A stretch of 64,000 bases of DNA from Nitrospiria bacterium (GTDB lineage Bacteria; Nitrospirota; Nitrospiria; SBBL01; JAADHI01): NCBI GenBank assembly GCA_046756925.1, contig JBHHXH010000001.1, positions 20,337 through 84,336 on the forward strand. Reading direction: 5' to 3'. Numbering within the stretch: position 1 is the first letter of the stretch; each line of letters begins with the position of its first letter. The notes below the pieces were generated by a model, which worked only from the letters and a program-made list of their open reading frames with translations, was not told where the DNA came from and ran no database searches. This document shows positions 17,644 through 27,694 of the stretch, piece by piece. The translations under genes were made by a program, and so were the position numbers.

Positions 17644-19073
17644 GGCAAGCAAGCAGTGCGACCGGATTGATCGGCATCGATACCGTCACCGATTCCGGGG
17701 TCGATCCGATCGACAGCGAATTTTTAAAATGCGATCGACCGGTCTTTCGGGTTTCTTTTCACACCCTCGGTTGCCGACTGAATCAAAGCGAGAGCGCGGC
17801 CTTGGAAGGCGGCTTTGCGGCCGAAGGATTTGAAATCGTCGAAGAGATTGCGCCCTCGGATCTGTGCATCATCAACACCTGTTTTGTCACCGGCCAGGCC
17901 GAGGCCAAGTGCCGTCATCTCATCCGGAAACTGCTGAGGCAAAACCCCCGTGTCTTTGTTGCGGTGACCGGTTGCTATGCCCAGGCGGGCATGGAGGCCC
18001 TCCGTCAAATCGCGGGTATCGATCTCATTGCCGGGACGGATCAAAAGATGGCCCTGCCTGGCCTCGTCCGGACCGTCCTCGAGGACAAGGGTGCTTTCGA
18101 AGAAGGCGCCATCCAAAAATCCGAAACTCCCGTCGTTTATCATTCGCCCCGCATCGGCCACGCGGATTTTGAGATCCCCAATTTGTCCGTGTTGGAAGAA
18201 GCGACCCGGTCCAATGTGAAGATTCAAGACGGTTGCGATTTTTTTTGCAGCTTCTGCATTATTCCGACGACGCGGGGCCGCTCGCGCAGCCGCCGCTTCG
18301 ACGACGTGATCCGCGAGGCCCTGAACTGGGCGACGCGGGGCCATCTTGAAATCGTACTCACCGGTGTCAACCTGGGCGAATACCAACACGAAGGCCGCGA
18401 CTTGGCCGATTTGATCGAGGCCCTGGACGAGATCGACGGGCTAGAACGTATCCGGATTTCTTCCATCGAACCGACGACAGTTTCGGAGCGGATGATTCAC
18501 CTCATGGCTGATTCGAACAAGCTTTGCCCCTATCTCCATCTTCCCTTGCAAAGCGGGAGCGACCGCGTTCTGGATGCGATGGGGAGGCGCTATACGCGGG
18601 AAGATTACCGATCATTCGTTATGGATGTCATGGAGAACATCCCAAACTTGGGCTTGGGTACGGATGTCATGGTCGGCTTTCCGGGCGAGACCGAGGCCGA
18701 TTTTGAGGAGACCGTGTCTCTTATTGAAACCCTGCCTTTTACTTATCTCCATGTCTTCCCCTATTCGCGCCGGGAGGGAACCCGCGTCACGCGGAGCAAT
18801 CTTTCGTCCGTGGATCCGACGGTGATCAAGGCGCGCGCGGCAGCGCTCTGTGCTTTGTCGGATCAAAAGCGGAAAACCTTTTACCGCAAGGCCATCGGCG
18901 CAACGGCGTCGGTGCTCTTCGAGACCCGACTGGCGGACGGCCGTTTCAGCGGTTTAACGGAGAACTACATCCGCGTGGCCGCCGTTTCGGATCGCGATTT
19001 GAGAGGGCGTATCGCGCCGGTTCGCATCGCATCCCTTGCGGATAAGTTCGCCGCGGGGAAATTGGCCGGATGA
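17628..19073 (+). CDS. mtaB: tRNA t6A37 methylthiotransferase MtaB-type radical-SAM enzyme
   Basis: UPF0004 N-domain (FHTLGCRLNQSES...INTCFVT), radical-SAM motif CDFFCSFCIIP and a TRAM-like C-terminus. The exact start (17628 or 17640) is uncertain. Confidence 0.8.
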   Translation: MGKRMRQASSATGLIGIDTVTDSGVDPIDSEFLKCDRPVFRVSFHTLGCRLNQSESAALEGGFAAEGFEIVEEIAPSDLCIINTCFVTGQAEAKCRHLIRKLLRQNPRVFVAVTGCYAQAGMEALRQIAGIDLIAGTDQKMALPGLVRTVLEDKGAFEEGAIQKSETPVVYHSPRIGHADFEIPNLSVLEEATRSNVKIQDGCDFFCSFCIIPTTRGRSRSRRFDDVIREALNWATRGHLEIVLTGVNLGEYQHEGRDLADLIEALDEIDGLERIRISSIEPTTVSERMIHLMADSNKLCPYLHLPLQSGSDRVLDAMGRRYTREDYRSFVMDVMENIPNLGLGTDVMVGFPGETEADFEETVSLIETLPFTYLHVFPYSRREGTRVTRSNLSSVDPTVIKARAAALCALSDQKRKTFYRKAIGATASVLFETRLADGRFSGLTENYIRVAAVSDRDLRGRIAPVRIASLADKFAAGKLAG

Positions 19074-20434
19074 AGGTCTATCTCGAAACCTATGGCTGCC
19101 AAATGAACGTGGCCGACTCGGAACTGATCCGTTCCATCCTCAGCGCGGCGGGACATGACTTGTCGCCCCAATTGGAAGGCGCGGATGTCGTCCTCGTCAA
19201 CGCCTGCGCCATTCGCGAAAACGCCTACCGGAAGATCTATGGCCGACTCGACTTGCTCCGCCCGCTTCGCCGACAATTCAAGCACGAAGGGCGGCCCTTT
19301 GTCGTCGGCGTGCTCGGCTGCATGGCGCAAAATATGAAAGAGGCCCTCTTTCGGCATCCCGTCGTCAACCTCGTGGCCGGGCCGGATAGCTATCGCGCCC
19401 TGCCCGATTTAATTGCCAAGGCGGGCACTTCGAAGGAGGATACCATTCGCTCGGGACGAAGGCCGAAGATCCGAAAAGAAATCGACGCCGATCTGTCCAT
19501 CGTTGAGACCTACAGCGGGATCAATCCCCTGCGTTTCGACGGCGTGAATGCCTGGGTCGTGGTCATGCGGGGCTGCGACAATTTCTGCACCTTTTGCGTC
19601 GTGCCCTATACGCGAGGTCGGGAGCGCAGCCGCCCGATGGGCGAGATTATGGAAGAGGTCCGCCGCCTCGCCGAGCAAGGATTCAAGCAGGTCACCTTTC
19701 TGGGGCAAAACGTCAATTCCTACCGCGCCGACAGGGCGTCCTTTGCCGATCTACTCCTGGGCGCGGCGGAGGTACCCGGCATCGAACGTGTGCGTTTTAC
19801 CTCTCCGCATCCCAAAGATTTTCCGGAACCCTTGTTGGAAGCCATCGCATCCCATCCGAAGATTTGCAAACACATCCACCTGCCCTTGCAGGCGGGCAGC
19901 GACCGCATTCTCGACTTGATGAATCGAACCTACACCCGCGTGGAATTTTTATCGCTGGTCGAGAAAATCAGAACGATTATACCGAATGTGGCCTTGACCA
20001 CTGACTTGATCGCCGGCTTTCCCACGGAAACGGAGGTCGATTTTCAAGACACCGCCGATGTGGGTGCGCGCGCGTACTTCGACAGCGCCTATATTTTTAA
20101 ATACTCCGAACGGATTGGGACGATTGCGGCCCGGCAATATCCCGACGACGTGCCGCCCGAGGTGAAAACCGATCGCATCGTCCGACTCTTCGATCTGCAG
20201 CATGGGATTGCCCTAAAAAAAAATCGGGAAAAAATCGGCCGAGCCTTCGATGTTTTGATTGAGGGTGAGGACACAAAGCGGGCGGGCTGCCAAATCGGAA
20301 AAACCGACGGGCATATGACCGTGGTTTTTCCTGGCACGGGCTTGCCCCCCGGCACCATGGTGCCGGTGGAGATCAGAGAGGCGACGAAGGCCGCCCTTTT
20401 CGGCGCGCCCCTGGCCCTTTCGTGCATTTCTTGA
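19070..20434 (+). CDS. miaB: tRNA-2-methylthio-N6-dimethylallyladenosine synthase
   Basis: YLETYGCQMNVADSE, radical-SAM motif CDNFCTFCVVPYTRGRE and a TRAM domain. There is a 4-nt ATGA overlap with mtaB. Confidence 0.88.
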   Translation: MKVYLETYGCQMNVADSELIRSILSAAGHDLSPQLEGADVVLVNACAIRENAYRKIYGRLDLLRPLRRQFKHEGRPFVVGVLGCMAQNMKEALFRHPVVNLVAGPDSYRALPDLIAKAGTSKEDTIRSGRRPKIRKEIDADLSIVETYSGINPLRFDGVNAWVVVMRGCDNFCTFCVVPYTRGRERSRPMGEIMEEVRRLAEQGFKQVTFLGQNVNSYRADRASFADLLLGAAEVPGIERVRFTSPHPKDFPEPLLEAIASHPKICKHIHLPLQAGSDRILDLMNRTYTRVEFLSLVEKIRTIIPNVALTTDLIAGFPTETEVDFQDTADVGARAYFDSAYIFKYSERIGTIAARQYPDDVPPEVKTDRIVRLFDLQHGIALKKNREKIGRAFDVLIEGEDTKRAGCQIGKTDGHMTVVFPGTGLPPGTMVPVEIREATKAALFGAPLALSCIS

Positions 20435-20435
20435 A

Positions 20436-21284
20436 ATGGGAGGTCTTAAACATGCGCCCGACCTCAAAAACGCCACGATCCAAAGAGGAAAGGTCGCACT
20501 TGCCTATACCTTGATCCATCCGGTTCCCTCCAAGGCGGCAGCGATCATCCTCCACGGTCTGAACGATCACAAGGGGCGGTACAGACATCTTCAGGAAGGC
20601 TTGGCAAGGGCGGGTTATTCCAGTCTCGCCTATGACCAACGCGGATTCGGGCTTTCCGATGGAAAACGGGCGGATGTTGCCGACTACCGCGAATTTTTTG
20701 AGGACCTGTCTGCGATCGTTAAGCTGCTGCGAAAGGAACACCCCCATATTCAAGTGGTTCTCATCGGCCACAGCTTGGGCGGGGCCATTGCGGCGGCCTA
20801 CTGTATCGATCATCCAAACGAGACGGATGGATTGGTCTTGTCCTCGCCCGCTTATGACGTTCCCATGCTTCCGTTTCCTTTGGAACCCCTGGCCCATCTC
20901 CTCTATAAATGCATGCCGGGCGCTGCGTTCCCCTATCCAAACCCCGATGGAAAACGGAGCCGGGATCCGGCGATCGATATAGCTGTGGCCAAGGATCCGC
21001 TCATTGCGGTCAAAGGGACCCCACGGTTTTATGTCGAATTTCGAAAAATGAACCGTTATCTTCAGGAACATGCGCAAGCAATCACACTCCCCACCCTCAT
21101 TCTTCAAGGTGGCGCGGATAGTATCGTTCGGGCCGAGGGAGCCCGGGCTTTATTCCGACGCCTGGGGCATCCAAAAAACCACCTTCATTGGTATGAGGGT
21201 TTTTATCACGAGGTTTTTCATGAGATCGGACACGAGGGGGTGATTGCGGACCTGGTCGGGTGGCTGGAAACCGCCCTCGCATGA
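20436..21284 (+). CDS. Alpha/beta hydrolase (lysophospholipase / monoacylglycerol-lipase-like)
   Basis: LHGLNDHKGRY and the nucleophile elbow IGHSLGG. 282 aa. Confidence 0.75.
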   Translation: MGGLKHAPDLKNATIQRGKVALAYTLIHPVPSKAAAIILHGLNDHKGRYRHLQEGLARAGYSSLAYDQRGFGLSDGKRADVADYREFFEDLSAIVKLLRKEHPHIQVVLIGHSLGGAIAAAYCIDHPNETDGLVLSSPAYDVPMLPFPLEPLAHLLYKCMPGAAFPYPNPDGKRSRDPAIDIAVAKDPLIAVKGTPRFYVEFRKMNRYLQEHAQAITLPTLILQGGADSIVRAEGARALFRRLGHPKNHLHWYEGFYHEVFHEIGHEGVIADLVGWLETALA

Positions 21285-21348
21285 TACACTGTCCCCATGG
21301 GATTGCACGTTTGTTTTGCAGTCACCGTATTTTAAAGGGAGGCACCCC

Positions 21349-21960
21349 TTGCGCTTAAGACAAGCGATTTTAATTTCGACCCTCTTTTTCCTGATACTTG
21401 CCCGGGCCGCGGCGGCGGATCGAGAAACACTGGCGGAAGGTTTTGGGAAGTCCAAATGGGGAATGACGCTCGACGAAATCGTATCGGTTTATCAAATAGA
21501 GTTGAACCAACCCAAGAGTGCCGATGCCGAAGGAACGTGGGCCGTGCTTGGTCCGGCGCCCGGAGAATTGACCGTTTCGGGAGAGGCGCTCGGTGAAGCC
21601 GAGGTCCGCTCGGTCAGTTTCGGGATCCACTCAAAATTCGGGCTGGCCATCATTCACGTCCGCTTTAAAGATACCAACGATCCAAAATATGTTGAAAAGC
21701 AGCTTCCGCTTTGGGAAGCCCGTTTTGGAACACCCAAGGAACGTCGTCCCGGCCCAAAAATCGTTTGGGAGGATGCGGAAAGCCATGTGGAATTGACCTA
21801 CCATACCGTTTCGCCCCGTCACCCCACACCTTCCGACCACCTGGCCATCGTACTTTGGAGCCTTCCCCTCATGGAGAAGATCGAAGCGGAAGGGATCGAG
21901 GAAAGGCTGCCGGATGTGGAAACGCTCGCCCCATTGCAGGCGCCGCATAAAAGCAAATAG
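21349..21960 (+). CDS. Hypothetical secreted protein
   Basis: Probable TTG start at 21349, 6 nt after AAAGGGAGG. Signal peptide LRLRQAILISTLFFLILARAAAA. No family recognised. Confidence 0.45.
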   Translation: MRLRQAILISTLFFLILARAAAADRETLAEGFGKSKWGMTLDEIVSVYQIELNQPKSADAEGTWAVLGPAPGELTVSGEALGEAEVRSVSFGIHSKFGLAIIHVRFKDTNDPKYVEKQLPLWEARFGTPKERRPGPKIVWEDAESHVELTYHTVSPRHPTPSDHLAIVLWSLPLMEKIEAEGIEERLPDVETLAPLQAPHKSK

Positions 21961-22039
21961 CGCCGCAAGCGACCAAACCATCACGGCATGTGTATATCCT
22001 CTTTATTTTCGGAAAACCATTAGGAGCCAACCGATAGAC

Positions 22040-23719
22040 ATGAACAGTATCGATCAAAAAAAGGATCCTTCCGTCTTTCATTTCATCATGATCAAGCCTT
22101 CGCACTACGACGACGAGGGCTATGTGATTCAATGGCTGCGTTCGTCTATTCCTTCCAACACCTTGGCCGTCATCAACGGCCTCGCCTTGGATTGCATTGA
22201 AAGAAGGGTTTTGGGCGACACAGTAACCATTGTCTTGCAGACTTTTGACGAAACCAACACGCGAATCGATATCAAAGGCTTAAGCCGCCAAATTCTTGCC
22301 TCCGGCAACCATGCCCTCATCGGCCTGGTCGGCGTGCAAACCAATCAATTTCCCCGTGCGATGGATATCGCCCGTCAATTTCGTCAGCAGGGCATCCAGG
22401 TTGGTATCGGCGGCTTTCACGTCAGCGGATGCCTGGCGATGCTCCCCAAACTCCCGGGCGATTGCCAGGCGGCGATGGACATGGGAATCTCTCTCTTTGC
22501 CGGTGAGGTGGAAGGGCGGCTGGACACGCTTCTTCGGGATGCCTATGCCAAAGAGATGAAGCCCCTCTACAACTTTATGGACGATCTCCCAAATATGACG
22601 GGCGTGGCCGTCCCTTACCTCCCTTTCGACATGGTCAAGAAGACCTCCGGTCTCCGGACCAGTTTCGACGCCGGGCGGGGCTGTCCTTTTTTGTGTAGCT
22701 TCTGCACCATTATCAATGTTCAAGGACACAAGTCCCGCTACCGGAGTGCGGATGATGTCGAAACCATTGTGCGAAAGGGCTTCGCAGAAGGCATCACAAA
22801 TTTTTTTATCAGCGACGACGACTTCGCACGCAACCGCTGCTGGGAGGCGATCTTCGACCGTCTCATCGAATTAAGGGAAAAGGACGGCATCAAAATCCGG
22901 ATGGTGATCCAGGTCGATACCATGTGTCACAAGCTCCCGCGCTTTATCGAAAAAGCGGGGCGGGCGGGAGTGTCGCGGGTGTTTATCGGACTGGAGAGCA
23001 TCAATCCCGAGGCCCTGAAAGGCGCCAAGAAAAAGCAGAATAAGATCTCCGAGTATCAAACGATGCTCCATGCCTGGCATCGCGTCGGCGCGCTGACCTA
23101 TGCGGGCTACATCTTGGGTTTTCCCACCGACACTCCGGAGAGTATCCTTAACGACATCAAGACGATTCAAAAAGAAATCCCCATCGATCTGCTGGAATTT
23201 TTCATCCTCACGCCCCTGCCCGGTTCCGAGGACCACAAAGTCCTTTTTGAAAATGGGGTTGAGATGGCTTCAGACATGAACACCTACGATGTGGTTCATG
23301 TCACCACGGCACACCCGGTCATGTCGAAGGCCGAATGGCTGGGGATTTACCAGCAGGCCTGGGACGCCTACTACACGCCGGAACACGTCGAAACCGTGAT
23401 CCAACGGGCCAAAACATGGGGCTATAACCTGGACGACATGATGCAAAAACTCCTGCATTTTTATGCCTGTCCCAAAATTGAAAAGGTCCATCCCCTCGAA
23501 GGCGGACTGATCCGAATCAAATCAAGAACGGATCGACGCCATGGCCTGCCCATCGAAAACCCGCTTGTTTTTTATCCGCGTTATGTGGCCGAGACCTTCG
23601 GCAAGGTTGTGCACTTCTTCGTCTTGTGGCGGCGTTTTAAACGGATCCTCAAGCGGGTCAAGAATCGGCCGATTGAACAGCCCTTGGATGAGGCCTTGAA
23701 GGTGGCGGCGGAATCTTGA
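22040..23719 (+). CDS. B12-binding-domain radical-SAM protein
   Basis: N-terminal cobalamin-binding-like domain followed by GRGCPFLCSFCTI. Start trimmed to ATG 22040 (MNSIDQKK). Confidence 0.8.
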   Translation: MNSIDQKKDPSVFHFIMIKPSHYDDEGYVIQWLRSSIPSNTLAVINGLALDCIERRVLGDTVTIVLQTFDETNTRIDIKGLSRQILASGNHALIGLVGVQTNQFPRAMDIARQFRQQGIQVGIGGFHVSGCLAMLPKLPGDCQAAMDMGISLFAGEVEGRLDTLLRDAYAKEMKPLYNFMDDLPNMTGVAVPYLPFDMVKKTSGLRTSFDAGRGCPFLCSFCTIINVQGHKSRYRSADDVETIVRKGFAEGITNFFISDDDFARNRCWEAIFDRLIELREKDGIKIRMVIQVDTMCHKLPRFIEKAGRAGVSRVFIGLESINPEALKGAKKKQNKISEYQTMLHAWHRVGALTYAGYILGFPTDTPESILNDIKTIQKEIPIDLLEFFILTPLPGSEDHKVLFENGVEMASDMNTYDVVHVTTAHPVMSKAEWLGIYQQAWDAYYTPEHVETVIQRAKTWGYNLDDMMQKLLHFYACPKIEKVHPLEGGLIRIKSRTDRRHGLPIENPLVFYPRYVAETFGKVVHFFVLWRRFKRILKRVKNRPIEQPLDEALKVAAES

Positions 23720-23793
23720 TGCGAGACGGTGGGTCCTTTGGCGGTTTCGCGGGCAAGCCCGTTTTCTCTCGGACAGGGGAAATGCTCACCGGA

Positions 23794-24741
23794 TTAGACG
23801 CGAAACTTGCTGCAAACGAGGTCCGAAAGGGCCTTGATGAAGGAGGGGTGGATGTTGAGGGATTCGGTGCGCTGCAGCCGGATGCCCTTGGATGCGGCCA
23901 TGTCCTTGTAGAGAATGTCGATGTCGTAGAGAATTTCGACATGGTCCGAGACGAATCCGATGGGAACAATGAGGAGATTTTTTTCGCCCCGGTTTCCAAG
24001 GTCTTCGATAATATCGTCCACTTCGGGACCGAGCCATTCGCCGGGCCGAAAGCCCCGGCTTTGATATCCGAACCGCCATCGTGTTCCTTGCGGTCCGAGA
24101 TCGCATTTTTTGACGATTTCGGTCATTGTTCCCATCACCTCATTGGGGTAAGGATCGCCATCCGCCAGTACCTCGGCGGGGAGCGAATGCGCCGTGAAGA
24201 CGATCTGAACGGACGCCCGTTCATCCTCCGCATAGCCTTCCAATGCGGCTTTTAATCGATCCGAAAAGGCATCGATTAAATGGGGCTGGTTGTGCCAGCT
24301 TTTGACCCAGTGCACCGGCAGGGTGCTTCCCGACTCCGTCAAGGCCTTCTTCAGCGTCTCGTTGTATGCCCCCACGCTCAGCTTCGAATATTGCGGCGCG
24401 AGACTGAGGGCAATGAGCGCCTCGGGCGGGTCGTCGACGATGGCTTTGACGGTATCGGCAATAAACGGATGCCAATGGCGCATGCCGACATACACTTGGA
24501 AACGTACATTTCTTTCGAAGTGATCGTCGTTGAGCCGGACTTCCAAGGCGTCGGCTTGTTGTTGCGTGATGGACAACAAAGGGGATTTTCCCCCGACGAG
24601 GGCATAGCGTTCTTTCACTTGATCGACGATGGCTTGAGCGGGCGGGCGGCCCTTCATAATGTGTTGCAAATAGGCCCCAATGTCGTTGAGCGATTCCGGA
24701 GCGCCGTGGGCCATCAACAAGACCGCGATTTTTTTTTGCAT
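23794..24741 (-). CDS. hemH: Ferrochelatase
   Basis: LLMAHGAPES, FTAHSLP and SDHVEILYDID motifs. 315 aa. Confidence 0.88.
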   Translation of the reverse strand: MQKKIAVLLMAHGAPESLNDIGAYLQHIMKGRPPAQAIVDQVKERYALVGGKSPLLSITQQQADALEVRLNDDHFERNVRFQVYVGMRHWHPFIADTVKAIVDDPPEALIALSLAPQYSKLSVGAYNETLKKALTESGSTLPVHWVKSWHNQPHLIDAFSDRLKAALEGYAEDERASVQIVFTAHSLPAEVLADGDPYPNEVMGTMTEIVKKCDLGPQGTRWRFGYQSRGFRPGEWLGPEVDDIIEDLGNRGEKNLLIVPIGFVSDHVEILYDIDILYKDMAASKGIRLQRTESLNIHPSFIKALSDLVCSKFRV

Positions 24742-25035
24742 TTGGATGCATTGCCTCCTATGCGAGGAGAGAACGGCGGAAGTATATCTTCAAGCTCCGG
24801 CCGAATCAAGGACAGCGCTCGAAAAAGGGCTTGAGTCCCAGGAAACGAAGGGGTTATACTTTCTTATTACTACTCGATCTACGGCAAAGGCCGATGCATT
24901 CACGAAGCGATATTCTCAATGGGTGTGAGCTTTGACGGCCGAAACCATTCCGCATCGATATGACTTTACAAAACCTTTCAATTAAAACCCAAGCGGTCAT
25001 GTAAAGACCGTGAACTTGTAAAAAAGGAGCGCGTC

Positions 25036-25671
25036 ATGGCACTGCGATTAGGAGATGAAGCGCCGGATTTTTCGGCGGAAACGACCGAAGGCAAGATCCA
25101 TTTTCACGAATGGCTGGGTGACGGGTGGGGGATCCTTTTTTCGCATCCAAAGGATTTCACTCCCGTCTGCACCACGGAGTTGGGCACCGTGTCCAAGATC
25201 ATGCCCGAGTTTCAAAAACGCAATGTGAAGGTCTTGGCCGTCAGTGTCGATCCCTTGGACGACCACATCGGATGGATCAAGGACATCAATGAAACCCAGA
25301 ACACCAGGGTGAACTATCCGATCATCGCCGACCCTGAAAAAAAGATCGCGACCTTATATGACATGATCCACCCCAATGCCCTGGACAATATGACGGTCCG
25401 CTCGGTCTTTATCATCGGTCCCGATAAAAAGATCAAGCTGACCTTGACCTATCCGGCTTCCACGGGGCGGAACTTCGACGAGATCTTACGGGTGGTCGAT
25501 TCCTTGCAATTGACGGCCAATTATTCGGTAGCGACCCCGGCAAACTGGAAGGACGGCGAGGACGTCATCATCGTCCCCGCCGTCACGGATGACCAAATTC
25601 CGTCGAAATTTCCCAAAGGACACACGGTAGTCAAACCCTATTTGAGATACACTCCCCAACCAAATAAATAG
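25036..25671 (+). CDS. 1-Cys peroxiredoxin (Prx6-type)
   Basis: Peroxidatic-Cys motif HPKDFTPVCTTE. 211 aa, with no resolving-Cys region recognised. Confidence 0.88.
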   Translation: MALRLGDEAPDFSAETTEGKIHFHEWLGDGWGILFSHPKDFTPVCTTELGTVSKIMPEFQKRNVKVLAVSVDPLDDHIGWIKDINETQNTRVNYPIIADPEKKIATLYDMIHPNALDNMTVRSVFIIGPDKKIKLTLTYPASTGRNFDEILRVVDSLQLTANYSVATPANWKDGEDVIIVPAVTDDQIPSKFPKGHTVVKPYLRYTPQPNK

Positions 25672-25691
25672 CAGCCTTAAGACCGATCTTT

Positions 25692-25722
25692 AATCGGGAG
25701 CCGCGCGAAGCGGCTCCCGATT
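25692..25722 (+). terminator. 13-bp-stem hairpin downstream of the peroxiredoxin gene (no U-tract)
   Basis: AATCGGGAGCCGC-gcgaa-GCGGCTCCCGATT, read directly from the sequence. Confidence 0.45.
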
Positions 25723-25789
25723 AGAATGAAGCGATATATTCTAAACCCTTATCGAGTGAAAAACGCCATCCGCTCGATCCGGATATAAG

Positions 25790-26164
25790 GTGATGAAAAA
25801 GATGATGATGAATTTCATTCAGGACGGGATGACGATCGGGCTTAAATGGTTTTGGCTTGCGGGCGCGGTGGTTTTTTCATTTGGATGTTCCGGACTCAAC
25901 GACGCGGAGCTGGCCAAGCTGTCTCCAGAGGATGCCGGCAGAAAAGTCTTTGAAGCAAAATGTATCCGATGTCATACCATCGATGGCAACGGCGGGACCC
26001 GGGGGCCAAACCTTTCAAACGTTGGGGGACGGATCGATCTCGAAACGTTAAGAAACTTTATCGCCGATCCTCAATCGGTCAAACCGGGTGCTTCGATGCG
26101 AAAAATCAGTTTAAGCGGTCAACAGATCGATTGGGTGGCGGGCTACCTCTTCAAATTAAAGTAG
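25790..26164 (+). CDS. Monohaem class I cytochrome c, probable lipoprotein
   Basis: Haem motif CIRCH, a lipobox-like FSFGC, and a distal Met candidate (PGASMRK). Confidence 0.75.
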   Translation: MMKKMMMNFIQDGMTIGLKWFWLAGAVVFSFGCSGLNDAELAKLSPEDAGRKVFEAKCIRCHTIDGNGGTRGPNLSNVGGRIDLETLRNFIADPQSVKPGASMRKISLSGQQIDWVAGYLFKLK

Positions 26165-26170
26165 ATCGAT

Positions 26171-26329
26171 TCAACGCCTCTTTCCGTATACCGCGTCTTC
26201 AGGATCGTTTAAGCCCTTGGGCTTCAGGAAACGCCCGTCTCCGGGTTCAGCGGACAAAACGATCCATCCTTTGAAATCACAACTGCACAAAATCCGGGCC
26301 GGGCACGCCTCGAAACCGTTCTTCTTCAT
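26171..26329 (-). CDS. Candidate 52-aa small protein (not in the ORF track)
   Basis: ATG at 26329, 36 nt after the HD-GYP stop on the same strand. Translates to MKKNGFEACPARILCSCDFKGWIVLSAEPGDGRFLKPKGLNDPEDAVYGKRR. No clear SD sequence and no family recognised. Confidence 0.3.
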   Translation of the reverse strand: MKKNGFEACPARILCSCDFKGWIVLSAEPGDGRFLKPKGLNDPEDAVYGKRR

Positions 26330-26365
26330 CTGATCGAAACCATCGGTCTGGGGATCAACGGCCGC

Positions 26366-27493
26366 TTAGGTATAGAGGTCGTCTTTAAACCGTTTCTGGA
26401 TGGCCTCCACTTCCCTCGGATGACCAATCAGCGCCTCAACACAGGCTTCGTCGAGTTGTGTTCCGGAGATCCGTCTGAGTTCGGTAAAGGCTTCTTCATT
26501 GGTCCAGGCGGTTTTATAAGGCCGTGCGCTGGTGAGTGCGTCGAAGATATCGGCCACGGAGATGATTCTGGCTTCGATGGGAATGGCCTCCCCTTGTTTT
26601 CCATGCGGGTAGCCTCTTCCATCGACGTGTTCATGATGAGATTCTACAATATTCCGCATTATTGCAATTTGTTGCAAGGATTCGGGGCCGAAATCTTCGA
26701 GAATGGCGTCGATGATCTCCCGGCCCTTTTCCGCATGCGATTTCATGACTGCGTATTCCGATTCGCTGAGCCGCCCCGCTTTTTGAAGAATCGCATCGGG
26801 TACGCCGATTTTGCCGATGTCGTGGAGCGGCGCAAACAAAAAGACATGCTCGATGAATTCGTCGCTAAAATGGTAGACACCCGCCAAATCCCTCGCAATG
26901 AGTCTTGCATAGTGAGACATTCTGTCTAGGTGAGTGCCGGTTTCCATATCCCGAAAGCGTGTGATGCTGCGTGCGGCTTTCACGGTGGCGAGCATGGTTT
27001 GAATCGTCATCAGGTGATTGATCACCGTCAACGATATCAGATGTCCGAAGAGATTCAAGTCATGGACCACATCGGATCCCAGGCTATGCGCTCTATTCGA
27101 ATCGAAAAAGACAAAACCAAAAAAGATGCCGTTCATGACCATGGGCATCGTATAGCTGGCGCGATAGCCCTGCTTAAGGATCCGGAGGATGTGTTCTTTT
27201 CGATACGAACGCAGGCAATCAAGATTGTTGATCACCCGCGGACTTCCCGTCTTGAAAATGTCATTCAGCGATTGGGAGTCGCTTAATTTCGCTTGATAAT
27301 GCGAAAGTGGGTCTTTTCCTCCACTGCTGTGACTGTAGCTTTTGAGGATATCGGTCTTCGCATCGTACACAGCCACGGAGATTCGATCGATAAAGTTGAA
27401 TTTCTTTTTCAAAACCCCATGGATGGCCGTCAGTTTTTCCGTTGACGTGATGTCTTTGTCGAGTTCACACAATAGGTCCTGGTCGATCACCAT
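26366..27493 (-). CDS. GAF-domain HD-GYP phosphodiesterase
   Basis: HDIGKIGVPD...HHEHVDGRGYPHG...ADIFDALTSARPYK, with an N-terminal GAF-like ~170 aa. Confidence 0.85.
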   Translation of the reverse strand: MVIDQDLLCELDKDITSTEKLTAIHGVLKKKFNFIDRISVAVYDAKTDILKSYSHSSGGKDPLSHYQAKLSDSQSLNDIFKTGSPRVINNLDCLRSYRKEHILRILKQGYRASYTMPMVMNGIFFGFVFFDSNRAHSLGSDVVHDLNLFGHLISLTVINHLMTIQTMLATVKAARSITRFRDMETGTHLDRMSHYARLIARDLAGVYHFSDEFIEHVFLFAPLHDIGKIGVPDAILQKAGRLSESEYAVMKSHAEKGREIIDAILEDFGPESLQQIAIMRNIVESHHEHVDGRGYPHGKQGEAIPIEARIISVADIFDALTSARPYKTAWTNEEAFTELRRISGTQLDEACVEALIGHPREVEAIQKRFKDDLYT

Positions 27494-27694
27494 GGTGTCA
27501 TCCTATTCATTACAAAAGTATTTTCAGGGACATTCGCAAGTATGTTTTTAAGTTAGCTGGGTGAGGTCATTCTGTCAATACGATGAAAAGGGATCCTATC
27601 TCTATATGGAACCGAAAAGGACACACCTTTTTTATCTTCTGCTATAATTTATTCGAATTTCTTCGCCTTTTTGATTCGATAAAACGGGAGAAAA

